DNA of 64,000 nt, from assembly GCF_902652985.1 (NCBI RefSeq), contig NC_047015.1:12276001-12340000 (forward strand). The letters are read 5' to 3'. The translations under genes were made by a program, and so were the position numbers. The notes below the pieces were generated by a model. It made no database searches. It was given only the letters and a program-made list of their open reading frames with translations, and was not told where the DNA came from. This document shows, piece after piece, positions 35,401-47,041 of this stretch (position 1 is its first letter; every line of letters begins with the position of its first letter). This DNA comes from Pecten maximus (lineage: Eukaryota).

Positions 35401-36950
35401 ATATTTGTCCAATAGCTACCAGAGATAAAGGACCAAGGTCATGGTATTTGTCAAACCGGTACCCGAGATAAAGGACCAAGGTCATAGTATTTGTCCAACA
35501 GGTACCCGGGATAAAGGACAGAAGTCATGGTATTTGTCCAACAGGTACCCAAGATAAAGGACCAAGGTCATGATATTTGTCCAATAGCTACCAGAGATAA
35601 AGGACCAAGGTCATGGTATTTGTCAAACCGGTACCCGAGATAAAGGACCAAGGTCATAGTATTTGTCCAACAGGTACCCGAGATAAAGGACAGAAGTCAA
35701 GGTATTTGTCCAATAGGAACCAGAGATAAAGGACAGAAGTCATGGTATTTGTACAACAGGTACCCGATTTAAAGGACCAAGGTCATGGTATTTGTACAAC
35801 AGGTACCCGATTTAAAGGACCAAGGTCATGTTTGTCCAACAGGTACCCGAGATAAAGAACCAAGGTCATGGTATTTGTCCAACAGGTACCCGATTTAAAG
35901 GACCAAAGTCATGTTTGTCCAACAGGTACCCGAGATAAAGAAGCAAGGTCATGGTATTTGTCAAACCGGTACCCGAGATAAAGGACCAAGGTCATGGTAT
36001 TTGTCCAACAGGTATCTGAGATAAAGGACCAAGGTCATGTTTGTCCAACAGGTACCCGAGATAAAGAACCAAGATCATGGTATTTGTCCAACAGGTACCC
36101 GAGATAAAGGACCAAGGTCATGTTTGTCCAAAAGGTACCTGAGATAAAGGACAGAAGTCATGGTATTTGTCCAACAGATACAGAGATAAAGGACCAAGGT
36201 CATGTTATTTGTCCAACAGGTACCGGAGATAAAGAACCAAGGTCATGTTTGTCCAACAGGTACCCGAGATAAAGGACAGAAGTCATGGTATTTGTCCAAC
36301 AGGTACTCGAGATAAAGGACCAAGGTCATGGTATTTGTCGAACAGGTATCAGAAATAAAGAACCAAGGTCATGGTATTGGTCCAACAGGTACCCTATTTA
36401 AAGGACCAAGGTCATGTTTGTCCAACAGGTACCCGAGATAAAGAACCAAGGTCATGTTTGTCCAACAGGTACCCGAGATAAAGGACAGAAGTAATGGTAT
36501 TTGTCCAACAGGTACTCGAGATAAAGGATCTAGGTCATGGTATTTGTCCAACAGGTACCCGAGATAAAGGACCAAGGTCATGGTATTTGTCCAACAGGTA
36601 GCCAAGATAAAGGACCAAGGTCATGGTATTTGTCCAACAGGTACCCGAGATAAAGGACCAAGGTCAAAGTATTTGTCCAATAGCTACCAGAGATAAAGGA
36701 CCAAGGTCATGTTTGTCCAACAGGTACCCGAGATAAAGGACCAAGGTCATGTTTGTCCAACAGGTACCTGAGATAAAGGACAGAAGTCATGGTATTTGTC
36801 CAACAGGTACTCGAGATAAAGAACCAAGGTCATGGTATTTGTCCAACAGGTACCCAAGATAAAGGACCAATGTCATGTTTGTCCAACAGGTACCCGAGAT
36901 AAAGGACCAAGGTCATGTTTGTCCAACAGATACCCGAGATAAAGGACCTT
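32460..36950. repeat. 40/43-bp satellite, roughly 105-110 copies, with a ~2-kb higher-order duplication
   Basis: Unit GGTACCCGAGATAAAGGACCAAGGTCATG(GTA)TTTGTCCAACA. The variant order recurs at offsets of 1974 then 2017 bp. Confidence 0.96.
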
Positions 36951-37189
36951 TAGTTACTTTCAATGTCACTAAGTCAATCATGTAAAATACCATTTCATCC
37001 AGATCTGGAAAATGCTAGAATATGGTATTTAGCCAACAGGTACCTGTGATGGAAAGCTTCACTTACTTTCAAGGTCTTATGATTCAAATATGTGAAGGAC
37101 ATCAGGTTAATTGCATTTGGCCAGGAAAACTGTGAGAGGAACGGTCGTGTGACCTTTCGCAATTGCCTTTTGCCCTTTTGTCATATGTT

Positions 37190-38145
37190 GATTTTTCCTA
37201 GTGAACACAAGAACTTGAATAAATGTGAACAGATTTCATGAAACTTGGTATGCAGCCTTATATCATTAAGATATTGGATGAGTTTGACAATCAGGTTATT
37301 TAATTTCAATCGTAATTTATAGAATTATGGCCCTTTGTAGTTTTATTGCCATTTGACCTTTTGAGCACAATAACTAGTAAATATGAACAGATTTTCATGA
37401 AATTTGGTATATAGCATAATAACAATAAGATCTTTGATGAGTTCGACAATCAGACAGATTCAATTGTAACTGACAAAGTCCCTTTGTAGTTTTATTGGAC
37501 CTTGTGAACATGACTTAAATAAATATGAGCTGGAATCATTTTGATGAAATTTGGTACTATGTATATACAAATGTAGTTTTATATCATGAAGAGGCCAGAT
37601 GAGTTTAACAATCAATGTTTCTTAGTTATGGTTCTACCATTGGATTTTGTGAGCAATAAATTTAATTGAGTTTTTTTATGAAATTTGGTATACTCTGAGC
37701 TTTATATTAATAGAATCATGAACAATTCCACATTGGGACCGATCTGGGCCCAGCTGTTCAAAAGATGATTAGCTTAATCACTTAGATTAGTGAAAATTTC
37801 ATTTCTCATTTGTTGCAAACCCTGTGAGTATATCCTCTTGAAGTTATGCCAGTTGGAAGAGAATTGAGAATTACAGAATTTCATGAAGTTTTCACAAGCT
37901 AGTTTTACCAGAAATTAGTACATCAGGTTTTGAAAAATGTTATTAAAATGTGATTAGCCTAAACGCCTTTTGAACAACTGGGCCCTGATCGTAATTACTA
38001 ATTATAGGTCAAGTGTAATGATAATGAGCCAGTAGGATGCTGGGATGAAGATTCAAATGAATGGCCTTCACCTTATTTGAAAGTCAGGGCTCAAATATGT
38101 CAAATTATCTATCGGTATACATATCAGAACTCAGGTGACCGATAT
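37190..38145 (+). mobile_element. Degenerate HINE-like element interrupted by a MITE
   Basis: Diverged ~160-bp repeats containing CATGAAAYTTGGTA; CTCAGGTGACCG end motif near 38130. Confidence 0.4.
37747..37984. mobile_element. MITE, PIF/Harbinger-like
   Basis: TIR GGCCCAGYTGTTCAAAAG at both ends; 3-bp CTG target duplication at 37744-37746 and 37985-37987. Confidence 0.72.
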
Positions 38146-39307
38146 GCTGTCATTGTTATGTCATTATGACATCAATGTTACAGAGAGATTTCTGACAATC
38201 ATACCAGAAACAATACAAATGTCCACACACAAACAAATTTGCAGATTTTTTATTTTTCTCAATGAAATTAAATGGTCAACACAATAAACATGAAGCACCA
38301 GTTATTACAGAAACAATCTGCCTTCTACATTCAACAAGTAAACAAAATAGTGTCAGTCAAATTTTCCATACATTTAATTAAGATACAAATACCAAGATAC
38401 ATGCCCTAAATATGCCAAAGTTGTGTTTACCTTAAATGAAAAATCACATCTCTTTTGCCTTTCAAATTGCAATAAATAAGTGTTTAGATAGTGAAGGTTT
38501 TCTAGTCAAATTTTAATATACCAGGTATACTGATAATGATGCCAGAAGATTTTAATACATTGTTAGTGATCATGTGAAGCTCCTGGGATTTGACAACGTT
38601 ATAAAATGATGTTTGACAGTGACGCTAATAAGCATTTTCACAAAGAAAGCAAATAAAAGAACAAATTTCTTATCTGGAATAACATTTAATATCTTATCAA
38701 AATAGCACCATTGAAAATAAAGAAAGAAAAGAAAGAAAAACACTATAAAAATCTTTGGTATCTACTCTGTTGTGAGAGCAATGATATTTGTGGTGTAAGT
38801 AAATTGACATTTGTGAAGAAATGCTTCCTGAAATCATCTTGTAGGTACAGTATTGGTACTGTGACATGATTTTTTTATCTAGAGTGTAACTGAAATATCT
38901 ATTATAAAAGTTACAATTTCTGAAAATTCCATTCCACAATTGTTCACATACTGCAATACAATCTAGATTAATGGTCTTATATATGATTAACTAACACTAC
39001 CAGTAAGTCGTGTTCACATGTTAAAACAATAGCACCATTGATGCCACACCAAATGCTAAAACTTTAAGTAGAAGTATGATTCACTGTGTTAAAATTCCAA
39101 TCTAACACACTAAATGCTAACATGTCGGCATTTACCAGATTTAAGTAGAATTATAATGTAGGCAAATTGAGAGTTTAATACTAACATATTAAATATAAAA
39201 TGTTAATAATGTATGTGTACTTGTTAAATGCTATCTTTAAATGAGAACACATTCTGTGGCTTTCAACTAAATATTTACATGAAAGTAAAAGTAAATATAA
39301 AGCAGTT

Positions 39308-40518
39308 GACATGGTTTGTACCATTAAACAGACTGTGTGATCCCTATACTACAGGCTATTACATGGTCTCTACCATTAAACAGACTATGTGATCCCTATA
39401 CTACAGACTATTACATGGTTTGTACCATTACACAGACTGTGTGATCCCTATACTACAGGCTATTACATGGTCTCTACCATTAAACAGACTATGTGATCCC
39501 TATACTACGGACTATTACATGGTTTCTACCATTAAACAGACTATGTGATCCCTATACTACAGACTATTACATGGTTTCTACCATTAAACAGACTAGGTGA
39601 TCCCAATACTACATACTATTACATGGTTTCTACCATTAAACAGACTATGTGATCCCTATACTACAGACTATTACATGGTTTCTACCATTAAACAGACTAG
39701 GTGATCCCTATATTACAGACTATTACATGGTCTCTACCATTAAACAGACCATGTGATCCCTATACTACGGACTATTACATGGTTTCTACCATTAAACAGA
39801 CTGTGATCCCTATATTACAGGCTATTACATGGTTTCTACCATTAAACAGACTATGTGATCCCTATACTACAGACTATTACATGGTTTCTACCATTAAACA
39901 GACTAGGTGATCCCTATATTACAGACTATTACATGGTCTCTACCATTAAACAGACCATGTGATCCCTATACTACGGACTATTACATGGTTTCTACCATTA
40001 AACAGACTGTGATCCCTATATTACAGGCTATTACATGGTTTCTACCATTAAACAGACTATGTGATCCCTATACTACGGACTATTACATGGTTTCTACCAT
40101 TAAACAGACTATGTGATCCCTATATTACAGACTATTACATGGTTTCTACCATTAAACAGACTAGGTGATCCCTATATTACAGACTATTACATGGTTTCTA
40201 CCATTAAACAGACTAGGTGATCCCTATATTACAGACTATTACATGGTTTCTACCATTAAACAGACTAGGTGATCCCTATATTACAGACTATTACATGGTT
40301 TCTACCATTAAACAGACTATGTGATCCCTATATCACATGGTTTCTACCATTAAACAGACTAGGTGATCCCTATACTACGGACTATTACATGGTTTCTACC
40401 ATTAAACAGACTAGGTGATCCCTATACTATGGACTATTACATGGTTTCTACCATTAAACAGACTAGGTGATCCCTATATTACAGGCTATTACATGGTTTC
40501 TACCATTACACAGACTGT
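39308..40518. repeat. 52-bp satellite, about 23 copies
   Basis: Unit CCATTAAACAGACTATGTGATCCCTATACTACAGACTATTACATGGTTTCTA. Confidence 0.94.
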
Positions 40519-41116
40519 AATAAAATGTGGTCAGCAGTAGTCCTGCTGTATACGTTCCTATCATATTATGTCTGTTCCCCCGAACACCATTAACAACCCA
40601 GGTTTATAGATAGGAAAATGTAATGTGGTCAGGCCATGCCCCATTGTACTATAGATGTTGTAATTTACTTACCAGGTATCTACTACTAACTATAAACTAT
40701 GTGTAATTAGAACTATCTTAATAAGATTTCTGACTTTATATCTAAATTATCTAGAATAGTTTTGTTTGTCTATATCTAGTATTAATACATGAACAAGATG
40801 ACTAGAAATGACAAAATTATCCCATTTACAATATAGTAATAAAATAAAACTTGTATATCTCTTCAATCGATATCATACACATATATAACAAAAATCAAAC
40901 ATGCAGTGGGCTAAAGCTACAAAATGCACATACAAATAAGAACTAAAACATAGTCTAATGGTAAAAGAAACATAAATCTTTTAGAGGCATAACATTGTTT
41001 TCACAGACACACACACACACACAACTTTTAAACTTTTAGGAAAAAAATATTATAAACTACCCGGTACCTCTCAAATGGTAATGTTTTAATTCCTGAAAGT
41101 ATAATTTTTTTACAGG

Positions 41117-41317
41117 TTTTACACTGGATTTTACAGACTGCTTTACACTCATCATCGATAAGGAAAGTTTTACACTGGATGTTACGGACTGCTTTACACT
41201 CATCATTGATAAGGAAAGTTTTACACTGGATGTTACGGACTGCTTTACACTCATCATTGATAAGGAAAGTTTTACACTGGATGTTACAGACTGCTTTACA
41301 CTCATAATTGATAAGGA
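41117..41317. repeat. 51-bp minisatellite x4
   Basis: Unit GTTTTACACTGGATGTTACGGACTGCTTTACACTCATCATTGATAAGGAAA. Confidence 0.88.
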
Positions 41318-41365
41318 CACAGATCCTCTCACATTCAGGTCTGATTTCCTCTCAATCTTAGTAAT

Positions 41366-41787
41366 ACAAGAGATCCCAGAGGGATCTTAGCGCCCACCAT
41401 TCAATGACCTCTGGGATCTTAGCGCCCACCATTCAATGACCTTTATTGGTTCTATGTCAAATGATCTTCTCTTCACTTTTCCTTTCTTTCTTCTTTTCCT
41501 TTTACTAAACCAGTAACAAGAAAAAGTGGAACCTACATGTTAAGTTTGAGAAACATCCCTTCAGTTCTTTTCAAGAATTCTGAATAAAGCAATAATTTTA
41601 ATAATCAAAATCCAAGATGGCCAGCTGTTGGCCATTTCGTTTTTCTGACCAAATCTGTCAAATAAACTGGCACAACTAGGGGCCATGGGAAACATACACA
41701 TGAAGTTTGAGGAATATCCTTCCAATACTTTTCATTAAATAGTGTTAACAAACTTCATTTCTCAAAATCCAAGATGGCTGCCTGTCG
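41366..41787 (-). mobile_element. Partial inverted copy of the HINE family at 29631-30617
   Basis: ACAAGAGATCCCAGAGGGATCTT..GCCCACCATT is the reverse complement of that element's 3' end; AAAATCCAAGATGGCTGCCTGTCG matches its core repeat. Confidence 0.7.
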
Positions 41788-44700
41788 AGTCAGCTAATTG
41801 CCACCGTTCAAAACTGCCACTTCTTTGGCTCAAGAGAATTATATAAGGTGGTAGACTCCCCATATTCAGCATGTTTTTGACTTGTTAAACAATTTTTACT
41901 AGACATCATATCAGGTTAATAGGTAACACATCTGAATGAAATCCTTTAGTCTTAATATAACCCTACACACGATGATGTACAACAACTTAGCTACAGAACT
42001 ATATAGAGGACAAACGTTTCACACACAGCTACTCCATGTAATAACAAACAGCACACAACTCCATAATCCTTCATCCAATTACAAAATATATACAAATTTG
42101 TATACTCGGACCATTAAAAGTAGTTATACACATGTACAAAATGGTTCTGGTTACTACAAAAGTAACAACTTAATTGTCTAAATCGAGTAAATCTACAGTG
42201 AAAACCAATAGCTCACATAAAAACAATACCATCCAAGATAGCAGCCAGTATTTAAGTCTATGACACTGAACATGTGACCAATTAAATGAATCGTAGAGAC
42301 ATTTTGTCAAATTCACATTTCATTCACCTGATTATCATTGAAAGCATTAATATTGAATATTTGTCACTATCACACTATTGATTGAACTTGTTAATTTACC
42401 TGTATACTGACAGGAAAATTGTTACATAGTATTATAACCTGATAAGAATATCACATTTAAACATTTTAAAAATAAAATTAGCAATGAAAAAAAAGTATTT
42501 CAGTGAATAATAATAATAATACAATTTGAATACATGTCCCAAGGTAATAGCATTGTACTTTCCAACTATAGCTACATGTATATGTATGAATTGGTCCCAG
42601 GTTTTTTGTTTGTTTGTTACATATGACTTTATCTGTAATACAATGTTTATATCCTAATTTTCATCAACAAAACAACTTAGTAAGATATAATAAGGTGGCA
42701 ATGTCCAATTAGTGTCAAGAAAACATTTAAAACCAACAAAATTTAACATTTAAAATGTTGCAGAAAGTCCACTCAGCGAATCACAAAGGCTTCCATCCTT
42801 TATTTTGATAAAATTTGATGAGCCCAAAACAAATTTCCATACCCGACGAAATGACTTAAATCAATAAATATCTTGATTTAAATTTAAATGCAAATCATCA
42901 TATCAACATGGACTTTATCACATATATTTCAAATAAAAAACTACAGGACTTCTCAACATGGGCAAGCAATATGGCTGGCTCAGCGCTGTACAAAAAAACC
43001 ATTTGTAACTAGATATAAAAATTGTGTGAAACATTATACTTAACATCTATAAGACATGCATATACTAAACATCTATATATGATAAAATGTATACAAAATA
43101 GTGTTTTCAAGAAATTATCATTTCACTCAGCTTATGTAAGTTGTGTACCTGAACAATCAGAATATCAAATATACAGGCTATTAAAGTAAACCTTGATCCC
43201 ACCTAAGAACATGCATATGGTGACTTTGATGAATATGTAACAATATATAAATATGTGCATTTGCTCAGTTCATACGTGGTATATTATGGACACCATCTGT
43301 TCAGATAAAGAAATGGCTCCACTATTGTATAATGTAAATTGGTTCTATGTTTAACATTTCTACTATCAATCAAAATGACTGGTGATGATGGGCTAAATGT
43401 TCATGTATACATGTGTCTCACATGTCAGCATGTTATTTTTTCCTTAAATCATCTTTACACGGGAGTACTAATTATGTTACATGAAACATCATCTTCTGGT
43501 ACAATACAATGTTGCTACAGATTCAGATATCGCGATGTTGATATCAGCAAAGAACTGTGTATGTACGAAATCTGAACTACTGTATGTAATTTGGTAACAA
43601 CACCAATGGAATTGGATCTTTTGTATTGATATACGGGTACTTCAACTCTTATTATGTAATAGGTTAAGCCCAATTTTACCAATACATTGTATGCTTATAA
43701 TCATGACACAAATCCATAGAAAACACCTCAGCAAAGAGCATTTAAAAACCCCTTTTTTTCAAACTGATACCTTAAAACTACATAGTTAATAAAGTACTTC
43801 TTTTTTGATAGACAGGTAAGCAAATAGTAGAACATATGTACATCTCTGTATTGATGATTTGAAATTAAACTTGTAAAATGAATAAATTATACATTTGTAT
43901 TTCAACAACATTTGTATACATGTAATAACCCTGGAATACAAAAAATGATTTTACCTAAAACACAATAAATGCCCATCACATATACAGCTATAGAGATACA
44001 AATGTATATATTTATATGTTATAGTAACCTTTATGAATGATGAAGGACTTAGTGCTGCCTAGGTTCATATCCAATGAACCAAAATGTAATTAAGTGATGT
44101 CACCTGTGACTAGTTATAAATATAAACCACCTTATCGATATTGGTGAATTTATCCTTATAATTAAGGAACAGATTATTCACCATTTCATTCAGAAACCAA
44201 CTTAAATAGATACCTAGTGTAAGGTCCTTATAGAATAAGGAACCTACCATATACCAGGTATAGGTCCTCATGGAATAAAGAGCCTATATATACCATATAC
44301 CTATATATCCTTACAGAATAAGGAACCTATATATACCATATACCTATAGGTCCCTAGAATAAAGAACCTATATATACCATATACCTATAGCTAGAATATA
44401 GGACCAAACCTACCATATATACCCTTAGTATAGGTCCATATAGAATAAGGAACCTACTATATCTATAGTATATATCCTTATAGCATAAGGAACTTAAAAT
44501 ACCTACCAGGTAGTTCATACAATACTAGCTTATAATATGTCCAGACCAGTCTAAAATTTGAAGACTGAACTATTGGTTTTGGGACTTTGCTATATTTTAT
44601 ATAAGCTTTTCCTGCATGACTCATTCAAATGCTAATTATATGTACCCAAATACACTACATTTTTGTCTCTTAGTAATTAAGACTTGCAAGAAAAAATCTT

Positions 44701-45600
44701 ATAACAAATACTGAATACTGTAATTATAATTATATAAGCTCTTTGTTAAAAGGCATCACACAACTGCATACAATAACTGTCAAATTGACTAGCTTTTAAT
44801 TTGGTTGTGCATGTAGCTACATGTAGCTTCTCTACAATTTCCAAAACACATAAATATTCATGTAGAGATTGGTCAGTTTTTCATGTTGTGGTCAATCAAT
44901 GTAATGACAGTGAGTTTTCTCATGGCACATTCACATGGTAGAGAGATGATGTGTAAGGAGATACATGTGTGTGTATGTATGTGGAAAGGAATCCCTGGAT
45001 TTCAAAAATGTTGGAAAGTATGATGGAATTCTTATTATCACAATGCATGCACCACAAAATATCTATACCAAGTAATTATCAATCATTAAAAAAAAATGTC
45101 CAGAAATTAAACACAACCATGTTTGCCTGAGCTGCAAAGTCTGGACACTGGCATTAGTATTGTTCGTAAATCCTTGGACAACATGATCATAAAACACAAT
45201 ATTGCTGGATGATTGAAAGGGTGAATGTGGATTTTTAAGAAATCAAATAATAGCTTTTAATTAAGAATTTGGTGGGAAAGATTCTGCAAATGTGATTAAC
45301 AGTAAAAAAAAAATTGGGTAAGAAATAATTTTGTCACAACACAAAACATGACATTGATGTTTTGTACGTCATCAAAGGTACAGTTTTACTTTTTCAATCG
45401 TCATGATTTTAATTTTCATAACTCAAACTATTATGTTCATGTTGTATACAAAAATGACTAGCGCTTTAATTTGTAAATTCCATTAAATGATTTACAATCT
45501 TATAATACAAATAAACACAGGATACACTGTGAACATACACTCATCATTCTGCAGTCTACACAGGTATGTAATTACACTGTAGGATACGGGTACATCAATC

Positions 45601-46572
45601 TTACATATACAATACTCTGAGACTCACATATTGTTTCAATATAACAGGAAGTGGTAATGTTTCAATATTTTTCAAAAACCCTTTCCCATTACAGTTTCTG
45701 CTGATACATGATCTGATTTCCATCCGGCAGAGTTGTTTAAGACTAGGAGGGTTGTTGATTTCGGCATCCAATAGACTTAATATAGCCATATCATTGTCTC
45801 CATCCATGATTAAAGCCCTTCTCACACTGCGGACTTCCCATAAAGGGATACCTGCACACAAAAGAAGTTTGACGATTTCCATAGCTTTGTGCTTTGATGC
45901 CCAGAATAGTGGATTATGTTGTGCACTTGTGCCACCAATGGGGTATTTCGGACCTTGTAAATTGCTTCCATGGACAATAAGAGTTTTTGTAATAAAAGAG
46001 CTGACTCTATAGGTTAAGGCTGTGAGAAGTGGAGTTCGGTTGAACTGGTCGGTTTTGTTGACACTAGCACCATTTGAAATCAAATACTCCACTAGGTCTG
46101 GCATTTGCTGTCTGCAAGCTACCCATAACGCTGTGTGGTTATAGTTGTCAGCTGCATCAATGTCAGCACCAGCATTTACTAATGCAACCACTCCCTCAAG
46201 AAAATGCATTCGACATGCTGTGATTATTGGCGGTTCTACACGGTTTAGATGATCTTTGCTGCTTTTGTTTAGGTTCAGATTCTTACTCTTTTCATAGTGG
46301 CGCATCAACAGGTTAAAAATATCAAAGTGTCTCTTATAAAGAGATAATGATAGAGCTGTTGCACCCTTCACTGGTATGTTAAAATCAACGTGAGGATATG
46401 ACAAAAGTATATTCCTGGCTTCTTGAGTGCTTCCTGAAGCAACTGCCATGTACAAATCAAATACCAAATGCGACTGGTTGTATTTGTTAATTGGATGAAA
46501 AGCAGTAGGTAATATGAGATGGTTTCCTCTCTCCATCGTTAAAGTGAAGTTGCGATCAACAGGTTTTTGCAT
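45601..46572 (-). CDS. Ankyrin repeat and SOCS box (ASB-family) protein, single coding exon, 323 aa from the first ATG
   Basis: Ankyrin repeats (GATALSLSL, NHTALWVAC, GASVNKTDQFNRTPLLTAL, NPLFWAS) and a C-terminal SOCS box (PPSLKQLCRMEIRSCI...LPLPVILKQYV). The track start at 46581 is TTG; the first ATG is at 46572. Subfamily not assignable. Confidence 0.88.
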   Translation of the reverse strand: MQKPVDRNFTLTMERGNHLILPTAFHPINKYNQSHLVFDLYMAVASGSTQEARNILLSYPHVDFNIPVKGATALSLSLYKRHFDIFNLLMRHYEKSKNLNLNKSSKDHLNRVEPPIITACRMHFLEGVVALVNAGADIDAADNYNHTALWVACRQQMPDLVEYLISNGASVNKTDQFNRTPLLTALTYRVSSFITKTLIVHGSNLQGPKYPIGGTSAQHNPLFWASKHKAMEIVKLLLCAGIPLWEVRSVRRALIMDGDNDMAILSLLDAEINNPPSLKQLCRMEIRSCISRNCNGKGFLKNIETLPLPVILKQYVSLRVLYM

Positions 46573-47041
46573 TTTTACCAATGCTATTTTTTTTACTTAT
46601 ACTGTAATAACATTCAAGGCGTCACTGCTTTTTTATAATAGCACGTTACAACTTACACAATGTTGATGAAATACGATATCTGATGACGTCCTCCTCATAT
46701 AGAACACGGCCGTGTAGAGTAACAGTAATCTATCAATCATACTTGTACTTCGTGGTAAGCAGAATGACATGATACATGTCTATACACAAAAGATTTCTCT
46801 TTTTTCTTCTCTGCAAATTTAAACATATTTCAATAACGATAAGGAAATGTTGCTCCTTCGATGAACTTTCCAGCTTCCCCAACTTCCGGTTTTATCAGGT
46901 TTATGTTACGTTGATTGTGATTGGTTTAAAAGTATTGACCAATCAAAAAGCGCAAATTAGTCGGTGTTCGGTTTTTGTATACTTTCCCGACCAAAACAAC
47001 ATTCCAAACGTGAACAGACACCAGCGAACACACGAGCAACG
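46573..47041. promoter_or_regulatory. Bidirectional promoter / 5' UTR region between the ASB gene and IFT27
   Basis: 469 bp between divergent ATGs. Ets-type ACTTCCGG at 46882-46889, oppositely oriented CCAAT boxes (ATTGG 46920, CCAAT 46939), TGACGTC near 46684. Confidence 0.6.

Noticed and set aside
32460-36950. CRISPR-like appearance of the regular arrays
   Set aside because: No unique spacers, no cas genes, eukaryotic intron-exon context.
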